Shown: positions 40,394-50,816, counted from the first letter of the stretch. The stretch is DNA of 64,000 nucleotides from an uncultured Candidatus Saccharibacteria bacterium (GCA_964575755.1 CAZNRH010000003.1:2303-66302); one strand, 5' to 3'. Translations and numbers: made by a program. Notes: generated by a model not told the origin, from the letters alone.

Positions 40394-40804
40394 ATGCACA
40401 AGCATCCATTATTCATTTCATGGGCAATACTTCTAGCATGTATCGCGGTACTTCATATTATTGCGTTGGAGTTTTTCTTGTATTGGTTGTATCCGTGGTT
40501 TGACATCATGATGCATTTTCTAGGGGGTATCTTCGTTGGACTTATGTCCCTGTGGTTCTTTTTTGAATCAGGATATATAAGAGTAGACAAAAGTATACAA
40601 AACATAGTTATTATTGCAGGCGGGGCATTTGTATTTATTGGAGTTGGTTGGGAAGTGTTTGAAGTCCTTGCAGGAATACCAATTGAAGAAAATTATGTTA
40701 GCGATACTATAACTGATTTAGGTATGGGTTTCTTAGGAACATCAACAGCAGTATTTATATTTATAAAATTATTTTTATCTAAAGAAAAAGATCATGGAGA
40801 ATAA
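40394..40804 (+). CDS. Small integral membrane protein
   Basis: Four hydrophobic helices. It overlaps the start of the next gene. Confidence 0.45.
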   Translation: MHKHPLFISWAILLACIAVLHIIALEFFLYWLYPWFDIMMHFLGGIFVGLMSLWFFFESGYIRVDKSIQNIVIIAGGAFVFIGVGWEVFEVLAGIPIEENYVSDTITDLGMGFLGTSTAVFIFIKLFLSKEKDHGE

Positions 40805-42161
40805 AAACACAATTACATTTTACGGTGGGGCGGGTACAGTAACAGGGTCTAACTTCCTTTTAGTATTAGGTGGCACAAAGATACTTATAGACTGCGGACT
40901 AACGCAGGGGGAGAAATATAGTAGTGAGTTTAACCATGAACCATTTGTATATGACGCATCGAGTGTAGATTATTTATTTGCAACACATGCACATGCTGAC
41001 CATATAGGACTTATACCAAAGTTAGTAAAAGAAGGTTTTAATGGAATTATATATTCAACACCTGCCACGAAAGATTTGTCAGAGACTATGTTTGCAGACT
41101 CTGTAAGGATTCTTGCTCGTGAGGCTAAAAACAGCGGGACAGAGCCATTATACAGCGCAGATGATGTAGCAAAAGCCCTATCTCTATGGAGAGAGATAGA
41201 CTATCACAAAGACGAATCGCTTACCTCAGACATCTCAGTTTTTCTTAAGGATGCTGGACATATTCTCGGCTCAGCGATGATTGAGTTTACATATAAAGGG
41301 AGAAAAATAGTGTTTACAGGGGACTTGGGTAATTCACCAGCGCCCTTGCTTCGCGATACAGAAGTAGTAGACGATGCAGACTACATTGTTATCGAGAGTG
41401 TCTATGGAGACAGAAATCACGAAAACAGAGAACAACGGGAAGAGTTGTTAAAGAAAGCTATCGAAGATGTGTCAGCAAGAGGAGGTACTCTTATGATCCC
41501 TGCTTTCTCAATGGAGCGTACACAGCTGTTGTTGTACTTAATAAATAATTTTGTCGAAGACAAGGTACTGCCGAAAATTCCTGTGTTCCTTGATTCACCA
41601 CTCGCTATTAAAGTGACTGACATTTTCAAGAGATATACTCATTTGTTTAATAAAGAAGTTCGAGCAGAAATTAAAGCAGGGGACGATATTTTTGATTTCC
41701 CTCTATTTAAAGACACAAAAAACGTCTCAGAGTCGAAAGCGATATTAAAAGCGCCAGACCCGAAGATAATTATTGCCGGCTCGGGGATGTCTTCTGGTGG
41801 CAGAATTCTTCATCATGAGAAACATTATTTAGGTAATGCAAAAAACATGTTACTTCTTGTAGGATATCAAGCTGTCGGTACGTTAGGCAGATTAATCCAA
41901 GATGGCGCTAAAGAAGTGATTATTAATGATGAGACGGTAAAGATTAAAGCAGAGGTGAGAATGATATATGGTTTCTCTGCACATAAGGACTCAGACAATT
42001 TAATTGAGTTTGTTGAAAGCTCGCAGAGTTCTCTAAAGAAAGTTTTTGTAGCAATGGGTGAACCAAAATCATCTTTATTCTTAGTACAAAGACTCCGCGA
42101 TTATCTTGAAGTAGATGCCTACGCGCCAGAGCGCGGGGAAGTAGCAGATCTTGATATTTAA
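40794..42161 (+). CDS. Beta-CASP metallo-beta-lactamase-fold nuclease (RNA-metabolising MBL family)
   Basis: HAHADHIG motif 2, beta-CASP motifs A-C, and a C-terminal RMMBL-like region. Confidence 0.75.
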   Translation: MENKNTITFYGGAGTVTGSNFLLVLGGTKILIDCGLTQGEKYSSEFNHEPFVYDASSVDYLFATHAHADHIGLIPKLVKEGFNGIIYSTPATKDLSETMFADSVRILAREAKNSGTEPLYSADDVAKALSLWREIDYHKDESLTSDISVFLKDAGHILGSAMIEFTYKGRKIVFTGDLGNSPAPLLRDTEVVDDADYIVIESVYGDRNHENREQREELLKKAIEDVSARGGTLMIPAFSMERTQLLLYLINNFVEDKVLPKIPVFLDSPLAIKVTDIFKRYTHLFNKEVRAEIKAGDDIFDFPLFKDTKNVSESKAILKAPDPKIIIAGSGMSSGGRILHHEKHYLGNAKNMLLLVGYQAVGTLGRLIQDGAKEVIINDETVKIKAEVRMIYGFSAHKDSDNLIEFVESSQSSLKKVFVAMGEPKSSLFLVQRLRDYLEVDAYAPERGEVADLDI

Positions 42162-42230
42162 CCTACTTAGGTGTTGGACACCTAAGTAATATTACGTATA
42201 TTTAGGTTTGCAAGACATTCAGATTTAAAC

Positions 42231-42258
42231 AAAAACACACGCCGTATGGCGTGTTTTT
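42231..42258. terminator. Bidirectional terminator of family B: AAAAACACACGCC-GTAT-GGCGTGTTTTT
   Basis: Lies between the convergent beta-CASP and rplT genes. Confidence 0.8.
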
Positions 42259-42403
42259 CAATAATATATTGTTTGTTTCTATTAAAACTTACACACTTGG
42301 ATGCAATTCAAGGCGCAAGTGGAAAATAGAAGAAATCATATGCACAATATGGTGACTGATATTTTTCACGCAGTAACGAAGAAGTGCGCCTAGTGTGTAA
42401 GTT

Positions 42404-42751
42404 TTACTTAGCTTGTTCAACGATTCGAGAGAAAGTCTCAGGTCGATCCTTTGCAATCTGTGAAAGTACTTTTCGATCAAGTCCGATTTCTTTCTTACCA
42501 AGTGCATATATAAACCTACTGTAAGAAGGGAAGTTGAGCGCTCGAACCGCAGCGTTGATACGCACAGTCCAAAGTCGTCTGAAGTCTCCTTTCTTGTCTT
42601 TTCTATGACCAAAAGCATTTTCTCCAGCATGCTTGATAGCATCGTATGCCATGCTCTTTTTTGTAGAACGTCCAAAACGATATCCTTTTGTTTGCTCTAA
42701 GGTGTACCCTCTGCTTTTTGATTTAGTTGTTCCTCGTTTAACTCGTGCCAT
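42404..42751 (-). CDS. rplT: 50S ribosomal protein L20
   Basis: MARVKRGTTKSKSRGYTLEQTKGYRFGRS. Confidence 0.95.
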   Translation of the reverse strand: MARVKRGTTKSKSRGYTLEQTKGYRFGRSTKKSMAYDAIKHAGENAFGHRKDKKGDFRRLWTVRINAAVRALNFPSYSRFIYALGKKEIGLDRKVLSQIAKDRPETFSRIVEQAK

Positions 42752-42770
42752 GATATTTAGTAATTAAGTA

Positions 42771-42956
42771 TTATGCGTGTGGCATAAATTGACTTTTAAT
42801 TTTTGCTGAAATCTTAATAAGGTTAGTTCTCTTCTTTTTAAGTCGTCGTTTTGAAGATTCTTTAGCATTAAAATGGTTCTGACCAGGGGTACGCGCAAGA
42901 ACCTTACCGTTCTTGGTTACCTTTAATCGTTTTGTAAATGATTTGTTTGTCTTCAT
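42771..42956 (-). CDS. rpmI: 50S ribosomal protein L35
   Basis: MKTNKSFTKRLKVTKNGKVLAR. Confidence 0.9.
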   Translation of the reverse strand: MKTNKSFTKRLKVTKNGKVLARTPGQNHFNAKESSKRRLKKKRTNLIKISAKIKSQFMPHA

Positions 42957-42957
42957 A

Positions 42958-43530
42958 TTATTTTTTTTCGCCAGTTGTCGGACTCTTTATCTCTTTTTGG
43001 TCTACATCTTTACTGCCTCCTTTGTTTCTCTCTAGTACCACAGTAAGACCTTTTGGGCTCTTTCGTATTTTATCGGCTACCTTATAATCTTCTGTTATAA
43101 GGTTAAGGAACCTTTCTAGTCTTTCCTTTAGAAAGCTAAACTCCATGTATTTATAGCGTCCCCATAAGAAGAGGTCTATCTTCACACGATGTCCTTCATT
43201 GAGCCATCCTGATACTCTACGAGCCTTTAGATTAAGGTCATTTTCTCCAGTTCCAATCTTTACTTGAGCTGACTTAGTCTCAGTAGTGTGAGATTTAGCC
43301 TTTATTTCCTTCTGCTTCTTTTTAAGCTCGTACTGAAACTTACCATAGTCCATTATTTTTGCAACTGGTGGCTTTGCCATTGGGGATATTTCGATTAAAT
43401 CGAGCCCCAACTCATTTGTCTTGGAAAGCGCATCTTCAAGAGATAGAACACCTAAAGCGGCGCCATCGGCGCCTAACACTCTAAGCTCTTTAGCTCTTAT
43501 ATTCTCATTAATACGTATGTACTTATTCAA
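42958..43530 (-). CDS. infC: Translation initiation factor IF-3 (apparent TTG start)
   Basis: INENIRAKELRVLGADG...GLDLIEISPMAKPPVAKIMDYGKFQYE. Confidence 0.9.
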   Translation of the reverse strand: MNKYIRINENIRAKELRVLGADGAALGVLSLEDALSKTNELGLDLIEISPMAKPPVAKIMDYGKFQYELKKKQKEIKAKSHTTETKSAQVKIGTGENDLNLKARRVSGWLNEGHRVKIDLFLWGRYKYMEFSFLKERLERFLNLITEDYKVADKIRKSPKGLTVVLERNKGGSKDVDQKEIKSPTTGEKK

Positions 43531-43566
43531 AACTTATGTTAGTTACAGGGCGCAGTATACCATATT

Positions 43567-44700
43567 CTACCCCTGTATTTCAAGGTCTTCTCTATAATCT
43601 ACCTCAAATATCTTCCACATAGAAAGGAAGAATCCAGCGATGATTGGACCTATAATAAATCCAGTTATTCCAAACAAAGTAAGCCCACCAAGCGTGGAAA
43701 TGAGAACAATAGCGTCAGGAATCTTAGCATCACGACCAACTAGTATTGGACGTAATATGTTGTCTATCAAGCTTATAATAATAAAGCCTCCAGCCAGCAC
43801 AAGAACTCCTTGCCATACCGCGCCTGTGAGCAAAAGTACAACTCCAGCAGGAAACCAAATAATAGTTGGACCAATGGCAGGTATAATTGAAAACATCATC
43901 ATAACGACAGTCCAAAGCAGGACTCCTTCTATTCCAGCAATCCAAAACAACACCCCGCCAATGGATCCTTGCAGTACAGCTATCACAAGAGTGCCTTTAA
44001 ATATTGACCGGATGATAATCTCAAAGTTTTTAAATAGACCTTGTTCTCGTTCATCGCCAAGCGGAAGAATGTGGGAAATCGTACGTCCTATCGACGGACC
44101 ATCACGAAGTAAGAAAAATAAAATATAAATCATCAAGAAAAAACTAATAAGTACGGAAAATGTTGCCTGTCCAAATACAACAGCCTGCCTAGCGAACCAG
44201 CCACTTGTGGATTGAACTAGGGAAGTAAGTTTTTCCTTAACAGTATCCTGCTGTATCCCATAACGCTCAAAGTAGCTAAGGGCTATAACAGTCTTATTTA
44301 CTAGGTTAGTTTGTGAAGATTCAATAGATTCGTTTGATATGCGGTTGTAGACTTGCAGAGATTCTTGAACTACGAGCCCCCCAACAGTCCAGAGAGGTAT
44401 AAATAAGACAACGATAATAGTAAGCAGTGAAAGAAGAGAAGAGAGTGTTTTATTTTTAAAAACAGTTAACCACTTCTTTTGTACAGGGTTAAATACAATA
44501 GCTAGTATAACAGCCCAGAAAATAGGCATAATAAAATCTTGGATAAGCCAAACGAATACTATCGTGGCAAAAGATAAAAGCCCAAAGAAAAGTACATTTT
44601 GTACTGTAAGGAATTTAGCTAAATGTGAGTGTTCCATTAGAATGTATTGTATCACGAAGCTTAAAAATATTAAAAAAAATAAAAAACGCCCTGCATACAT
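43567..44700 (-). CDS. AI-2E family transporter / UPF0118 permease
   Basis: Eight TM segments on a PerM-like protein. Confidence 0.7.
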   Translation of the reverse strand: MYAGRFLFFLIFLSFVIQYILMEHSHLAKFLTVQNVLFFGLLSFATIVFVWLIQDFIMPIFWAVILAIVFNPVQKKWLTVFKNKTLSSLLSLLTIIVVLFIPLWTVGGLVVQESLQVYNRISNESIESSQTNLVNKTVIALSYFERYGIQQDTVKEKLTSLVQSTSGWFARQAVVFGQATFSVLISFFLMIYILFFLLRDGPSIGRTISHILPLGDEREQGLFKNFEIIIRSIFKGTLVIAVLQGSIGGVLFWIAGIEGVLLWTVVMMMFSIIPAIGPTIIWFPAGVVLLLTGAVWQGVLVLAGGFIIISLIDNILRPILVGRDAKIPDAIVLISTLGGLTLFGITGFIIGPIIAGFFLSMWKIFEVDYREDLEIQG

Positions 44701-44933
44701 GTGTAGGACGTTTTCCTATTTTGTAAAGGAGGGATATAGACACTTTAGATTAGGTGTTTAGATTATAGAAATGTTTACGTCAAATTAGTTTGCTTAAAAA
44801 CAGAAACAGCTTACAAAAGTGAACCTTTACAGGTTGCTTTTGCAGGCTGATGCGTTCAAGTAAAAAACACATGAATGATTACTAAAAAGACGATCAAAAA
44901 AGCACCAATCCGTTGAAAGACTCAGCTTTACAT

Positions 44934-45974
44934 TTATTTTCTATCAGTAGAGCTTTTTAATTTGAGCACAGTTTTAAAGATTTCCCCTGCTTCATCAGAC
45001 TTAAAAGTAAATATCTTATTTTGATTAATTAAGAGAGTTATCTTATCAGTGATTATTTCTCTTAAATATGTGTTGTTTGCTCCTATCCCACCAGAAAATA
45101 CTAGAGCATCACAGCCTTGTAGGACACCATAGTAAGCAAAGATTTGTTTAATAATTTGGTGTACAAAGATGTCGAAGGCTAGTCTTTCAGGTCCATCTTC
45201 ATGTTGAGCTTTTTCAATTATATCTTTTATATCACCACTATCTGTAATACCAAAGAATCCAGACTGCGTATTTAAAATATCTGATATTTCATCAATATTT
45301 TTACCTGTAAGTTTAGTTAAAATCTTTGGTAAGTCGGGGTCAACACTACCGCTTCTTGTCTTCATCATTATTCCATCTAGAGGAGTTAGTCCCATTGTGG
45401 TGTCTAGACTGACTCCATCTTGTACAGCAGCTATAGTAGATCCACCTCCAAGGTGTGCAAGTATTACCCGTCTAGGTTTAGTAGCACCACTTTTTTCGAA
45501 TTCATTATCTACTTGCTCTAAGACTGATTTCAATGCGATACCATGAAAACCATATTTACGTATACTATATTTCTTTGTTAGATTATGAGGGATTGGATAC
45601 GTGCTCGCATATTTTGGTATCTGTGTATGGAAAGCCGTATCAAATACTGTCACCATTGGTACATCTTTTAGGATTTCTCTTATAAGAGATATTACTTCTA
45701 AAGCTATTTTGTTATGTATAGGAGCAAATTGTTTAAATGTAGTAATTTGTTTGATAACTTTCTCATCAATCATGGTAGGTTTTGTAAGATTGCCGGCGTG
45801 AACAATACGGATACCGATTTTCCCTACGTTTGTTAATTTAGACAGCCATTCCTTCTGTTCATTAAATTGTTCGTCTAAGTTTTCAAACTTTTTTTTATCT
45901 AAAACTACTCCTGATTCATCAAATAGTGTGTATTTAACTGCGGTAGATCCGGGATTTATAATTAATATTGACAT
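44934..45974 (-). CDS. ackA: Acetate kinase (short form)
   Basis: N-terminal ILIINPGSTAVKY, followed by GFHGIA and HLGGGSTIAAV...TPLDGIMMKTRSGSVDP. Confidence 0.8.
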   Translation of the reverse strand: MSILIINPGSTAVKYTLFDESGVVLDKKKFENLDEQFNEQKEWLSKLTNVGKIGIRIVHAGNLTKPTMIDEKVIKQITTFKQFAPIHNKIALEVISLIREILKDVPMVTVFDTAFHTQIPKYASTYPIPHNLTKKYSIRKYGFHGIALKSVLEQVDNEFEKSGATKPRRVILAHLGGGSTIAAVQDGVSLDTTMGLTPLDGIMMKTRSGSVDPDLPKILTKLTGKNIDEISDILNTQSGFFGITDSGDIKDIIEKAQHEDGPERLAFDIFVHQIIKQIFAYYGVLQGCDALVFSGGIGANNTYLREIITDKITLLINQNKIFTFKSDEAGEIFKTVLKLKSSTDRK

Positions 45975-45992
45975 ATTATCTTTATTTACAGA

Positions 45993-48350
45993 TTAAATTT
46001 CCCAGTTACGGATTTCATCCGGGTCCACTGAGTGTTCTTTTATATATTCTTTTTCCCATGCAAGCTTAGCATCCATTTTGCCTGTGATGTCATGAAGTTG
46101 CTCAGCTGATATTAATTTTTCTGAATGAGCTAGCAAAGACAGGTCTTTTACAAGATGAAAACGTGACAAGCCATTACGAGATTTCATATCAAATGGAGAA
46201 GTCGTAGAACCCTCTTCTTCGTAACCATTTATAATAATTCTTTTAGAAACATGATGATTAAACAAAAGCTTTTTAATAGTAGCTGGGTATCCATGAAAAT
46301 TAAATACAATAGGTTTATCTTTGGTTATGTATTCTTCAAATTTATCTTTCTTATTCAAATTTTCACCAGCTTCAGCTAGCATATCAAGACGAAGTATATT
46401 TACGAATCTAATCTTTATATTTGAAATATATTCTCGGAAAAGTTTTACTCCTATTACTGCTTCTTCTGTTACATAATCTCCACACGTAACTACAACTAAA
46501 TCTGGATTATCATCTGATAAAAAATTCCAAGTCATAATTCCTTCTCGAGTTTGTTTTAGCACTTCTTCTAGTGAAAGCCAATTTCGTTTCATTTTTTTAC
46601 CACAAACAATTACATTTAAAGAATTCTTTGATTTTAATGTTTCATTAACTGAAGCTAGCATTAAATTTTTATCTGCTGGAAAGTATAAATTTACAATATC
46701 TAAGTCACGGTCTAGCATACTTGCGATGAAAGATGGGTTTTGGTGTGAGAACCCATTATGGTCTTGTCTTTCTAGAAGGGAAGACAGTATAACAGTAAGT
46801 CCTGGCAGGGGTTTACGAAATTTTACTCGTTTTGCAATCTTTATAAATTTTGCATATTGATCAGCCATTGAAGCGACAATTTGAGCGAACGCTTCATATG
46901 TTGCAAAGATTCCATATCTTCCTGTCATAGTGTATCCCCAAAGCATCCCGAATAATGTATGTTCAGAAAGTAATTCTATTACTCTCCCGTCTCGTGACAT
47001 ATCCTTGTCCCATTCTTCTATAGGCCACTGCCATACGCGTGATGTTTCCTTAAAAACTGGATGTAAATGATTAGAGTAAGTTTCATCAGGGCTGAATAGT
47101 CTAAAATTCTTTTCATTCTTATTTTTATCAAATACTTGTGCTATATATTCACCAGCGGTTTGCATTGAATCTGTTGTAATACAACTTTTCTTTTCAAAAT
47201 CACAGAATGACTCTGATATATTAGGTGAATTTAATTCTTTTACACTACTGCCGTTTGCGTGTGTAGATACACCAACAGCACGACCTTCTTTTGGAATAAG
47301 TTCAGTTATTTCTTTATCCAGTACGATACTGCCGTCTTTTTTAAAAGAAATTAATTCATCTATATTATACGATTTCATCCAATCTTCGAGCATCTTCATT
47401 TGTTCTAGATTATTATGTAAATCATTAAATACTATTTGATGTGAAAGATGATTTCCTACTATTTTTTCACCATCAATTTCTTTAGGAGCACCGATTCCTT
47501 TTTGAGTCTTTAATATTATTATAGGCCACATAGGAGGAGCTGAATCGTTGGTCTTTTTTATTGATTGTATATGTTTGTAAGCTTCGTCAAATACTCTTAT
47601 ACCTTGTTTGTAAATATCCTCATCTATTGTGTAATCAATAAAGTATGGATGATAGCCAAGCCCTTCAAAAAACTTTCGTATTTCCGTGTCTTTCATTCTG
47701 CCAAACACTGTTGGGCCAGAGATTTTATAACCATTTAGATGTAATACTGGGAGCACTACTCCATCACCATTATTTGACGGGTTTATAAACCGATTCGCAT
47801 TCCAGCTTGCTGCGAGTGGTCCTGTTTCAGCTTCTCCGTCCCCTATAATACATACAGTTATCAAGTTTGGATTATCTAACACTGTGCCGTACGAAACGGA
47901 TAGAGAGTAGCCTAATTCTCCACCTTCTAGCACTATACCTGGAGCTTGTGGGTTTAGGTGTGATGGGTAACCATACGGTATTGAAAAATCTCTACACATA
48001 TCCTCAATTCCTTCAAGCGTGTATGGGTTTTTGTCAGGATATACTTTAGTGAGTGATCTCTCAACAAATAAGTTTGCTTGAAATGCTGGAAATCCATGTC
48101 CAGGACCTACAACAAAAAGGAAATCATTTTCTGTTTTGTTTATTAATCGGTTAATGTTTGCATACACAAAATTAATACCAGGACATGTACCCCAATGTCC
48201 CAAAAGTCTGTGTTTTATATGTTCTTTAGTCAGTTCTTCATTAAGGAAGAAATTATTGCGTAAAAAAATTTGTGCCACCGAAAGATAGTCGGTTAAACGT
48301 ACATATTTAGTCAGCGCTGATGCTTCTTTTTTAAGGACAGTTTCGGTCAT
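45993..48350 (-). CDS. xfp: Xylulose-5-phosphate/fructose-6-phosphate phosphoketolase
   Basis: LLGHWGTCPG and GPGHGFPAF motifs, 785 aa, and TPP-binding GDGEAETG. Confidence 0.9.
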   Translation of the reverse strand: MTETVLKKEASALTKYVRLTDYLSVAQIFLRNNFFLNEELTKEHIKHRLLGHWGTCPGINFVYANINRLINKTENDFLFVVGPGHGFPAFQANLFVERSLTKVYPDKNPYTLEGIEDMCRDFSIPYGYPSHLNPQAPGIVLEGGELGYSLSVSYGTVLDNPNLITVCIIGDGEAETGPLAASWNANRFINPSNNGDGVVLPVLHLNGYKISGPTVFGRMKDTEIRKFFEGLGYHPYFIDYTIDEDIYKQGIRVFDEAYKHIQSIKKTNDSAPPMWPIIILKTQKGIGAPKEIDGEKIVGNHLSHQIVFNDLHNNLEQMKMLEDWMKSYNIDELISFKKDGSIVLDKEITELIPKEGRAVGVSTHANGSSVKELNSPNISESFCDFEKKSCITTDSMQTAGEYIAQVFDKNKNEKNFRLFSPDETYSNHLHPVFKETSRVWQWPIEEWDKDMSRDGRVIELLSEHTLFGMLWGYTMTGRYGIFATYEAFAQIVASMADQYAKFIKIAKRVKFRKPLPGLTVILSSLLERQDHNGFSHQNPSFIASMLDRDLDIVNLYFPADKNLMLASVNETLKSKNSLNVIVCGKKMKRNWLSLEEVLKQTREGIMTWNFLSDDNPDLVVVTCGDYVTEEAVIGVKLFREYISNIKIRFVNILRLDMLAEAGENLNKKDKFEEYITKDKPIVFNFHGYPATIKKLLFNHHVSKRIIINGYEEEGSTTSPFDMKSRNGLSRFHLVKDLSLLAHSEKLISAEQLHDITGKMDAKLAWEKEYIKEHSVDPDEIRNWEI

Positions 48351-48417
48351 TGATATGAGTATACCATTACATCAACCACAATATGACCTATAACTTATTT
48401 AAGTAAATTGAAAAAAA

Positions 48418-48452
48418 AGAAGCCCCGAGAGAAGAAGGACTCCTTCGGGACT
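48418..48452 (-). terminator. Minus-strand intrinsic terminator (hairpin followed by T8)
   Basis: On the minus strand: AAGTCCCG-loop-CGGGGCTT followed by CTTTTTTTT. Confidence 0.6.
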
Positions 48453-48464
48453 TGTGATTATTAG

Positions 48465-49103
48465 TCGTTACGTGCAAGCTCGCAGAGCTTTGCGATACCA
48501 GCAATAAGCGTTATTTGTTGTGCTGCGGAATCTAGATTATGACAAGCAAACCGCACTGACTTTGTTCCGAGTGCATCACCATAAATTTGGTCAGGATAAA
48601 TAGAAACATCACATGCATCTCCAGGGCACATGAGGCAAAACCGTCCATCGGGACCATTGGAAAACCCTAGTTTCTAAGTGGTTCGGATTGGTATGTATCG
48701 GTGTAAATATTAAAAAAAAGAAGCACGTGCTGTGCAGAGGTACGACTAAGTTCGATATATTGTGACTTCACGATCAAAATATACCAAGAGATACAACTTG
48801 GGCTTCAAGGAGTATCAAGATTTCATCCACGAGGAATTTAATAGTTGTTTCAATGTCACCACAGGACTCTTTTGGTGAGTCGACGCCCATTTTAACCCAA
48901 CCCAATGCTTGCCCTGTCTTTTTATGCAGACAGAGTCTGGCGTCAACCATGACAGAATACTTTTTTCCTGTCCAATCAGTAATCTTAACCGAAATAAGTA
49001 AGGGGTAAAAGTGCTCCCAAAATATTTAAACTACTATAATACTGAGAGAACTCACATGGGTATTAACTACAAGACTCCTCTGGAAGTGTTTCAAAGGTGT
49101 TGA
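48465..49103. mobile_element. Decayed insertion-sequence remnant holding fragments of a DDE transposase or integrase ORF
   Basis: The plus-strand C-terminal fragment ...VLPKYLNYYNTERTHMGINYKTPLEVFQRC* matches the conserved C-terminus of rve-type transposases. It is broken by stops upstream. A minus-strand 50-60-aa fragment lies at 48465-48644. Confidence 0.55.
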
Positions 49104-49158
49104 TTCTTTTGCGGTGTAGTGTCCAAGATTGGACTTTGAACAGGGGAGCGTTCTCGGG

Positions 49159-50460
49159 TTACGTATTTGATTTAGATGCACGTGCTCCTATGTCTGAACC
49201 GGCGACGAATCCAGTTGTCCAACACAGCTGTAAAGAGAAGCCTCCAGAGGGTCGGTTTATATTTAAAACATCCCCAAGCAGGTATAGGTTTGGGTGTAAT
49301 TTAGAGCTCATGTTTTTAAAGTTCACTTCATTAAGATCAACTCCACCGTCGGTTAATACAGCTTTATCGAAACCAAGTGCTCCACTTATCTCAAAGGTTA
49401 AATCCTTCATTCTTTTAACGAGCCTTTTTCGTTCTTCCTTAGTAATCGAATTAACACTTGTTTCAAGAAGCCTTATTTTCCTAAAAGAGAGAACAATTTC
49501 AGCAACGTTTGCAGGAATAAGCTCTGGTAGGATGTTTTTTGCTTTCTTATTTTTATTCTTTTCGAATAGATCTAAGAGTGTTTTATCGAGCTCTCCTTCG
49601 TTTGTGTCAGGGAAGAGGTCAATAGACGCAATCACGGACCCTCCGAGTAACAGGTCTTTCACTTCATGAGAAGAGTTTAAAATGAGTGGCCCCGAGACTC
49701 CAAAGTGAGTGAATAGGACGGTGCCGATCTTTTTAATTTTTACTTTATCATCTTGAGAAAAGCTAATTTTCATGTGAGGTAGCGAGGTTCCAGATAGAGA
49801 GTGTACCCATTTTTCTTTTGTTTTTAGTGGTACCACATTTGAACTCGGCTTGCTCACATTATGTCCAAGTTCTTTAAGGAACCTAAACCCGTCACCAGTA
49901 GAGCCTGTCTTAGGTGAAGCAAGTCCGCCAGTGGCTATAACGACATTTTCTGCTTCAAATGTCCCGTTGTTTGTTTCGATAGAAAAAAATACGTCATTTT
50001 TAACTCTTTTCTTATTTACAGATTCAACCTCTGTATTTGTCTTTATTTTTACTCCACCGCTCTTCACATATTCTTTCATCACGTTCATTACATCAGTTGC
50101 TTTCTGACTTTTAGGGAAGACTTTGTTTTTTTCTTCAATAACCAAAGGAAGACCTCTTTCTTCAAAGAAGGTAAAAGTGTCTTTTGCAGAGAACTCTGAG
50201 AAAGGGGAGTGAAGATATTTCTGTGATTCAGGGAAATTACTTAGAAATTTTCTAACATCAAGTTCAGCATTGGTGATATTGCACCTACCGCCACCAGTAA
50301 TACTTAGTTTTTTACCAAGTTCTTTGTTTTTTTCAAGCAATATAACCCTAGCTCCTAGTTCACCAGCTCTTCCTGCAGCCATCATACCACTCGGCCCTCC
50401 TCCTATTACAATAAGGTCGTATGTATATCGAGTTTTCATGTTAGTGAGCATACCATACAT
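49159..50460 (-). CDS. HI0933-family FAD-dependent oxidoreductase
   Basis: DLIVIGGGPSGMMAA Rossmann motif and ITGGGRCNITN. Confidence 0.8.
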   Translation of the reverse strand: MYGMLTNMKTRYTYDLIVIGGGPSGMMAAGRAGELGARVILLEKNKELGKKLSITGGGRCNITNAELDVRKFLSNFPESQKYLHSPFSEFSAKDTFTFFEERGLPLVIEEKNKVFPKSQKATDVMNVMKEYVKSGGVKIKTNTEVESVNKKRVKNDVFFSIETNNGTFEAENVVIATGGLASPKTGSTGDGFRFLKELGHNVSKPSSNVVPLKTKEKWVHSLSGTSLPHMKISFSQDDKVKIKKIGTVLFTHFGVSGPLILNSSHEVKDLLLGGSVIASIDLFPDTNEGELDKTLLDLFEKNKNKKAKNILPELIPANVAEIVLSFRKIRLLETSVNSITKEERKRLVKRMKDLTFEISGALGFDKAVLTDGGVDLNEVNFKNMSSKLHPNLYLLGDVLNINRPSGGFSLQLCWTTGFVAGSDIGARASKSNT

Positions 50461-50816
50461 ATAAATAGTGTCAGTTTTTTGTAAAAAAGTTTCATTAAGT
50501 TTAAGAATACAGCTCTCTGTGGAAGTTACGAAGAAATAGGGTTAAGTATCCACTTTTGATTTTATAGATGGCTTGAATAAGCTAAAATAAATGCCCCAGG
50601 TGGGTGGGGTGAGAGGCGAATACATGGAGCTTCGCAAGAGGTTGTCGATATTCTGACGGAGGAAGGATATAGTACAACCTGAACAGTTCCTGTAAGGAAT
50701 CGGCGCAGGTTTCTAATCTCCTGCCTCGCTAAGCACCTCCTGTCCTAGTTCAGCACTCTTTCGTGCTTTTGCACACGTGCTATAAAATAAAAGAATGGTG
50801 GGGAAAAAATCAAATG

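Noticed and set aside
50590-50720. TPP riboswitch on the plus strand.
   Set aside because: Only partial matches were found (AACCTGA, GGGGTG, TAAGGAA), the P3 region is too short, and there is no downstream plus-strand gene to regulate.
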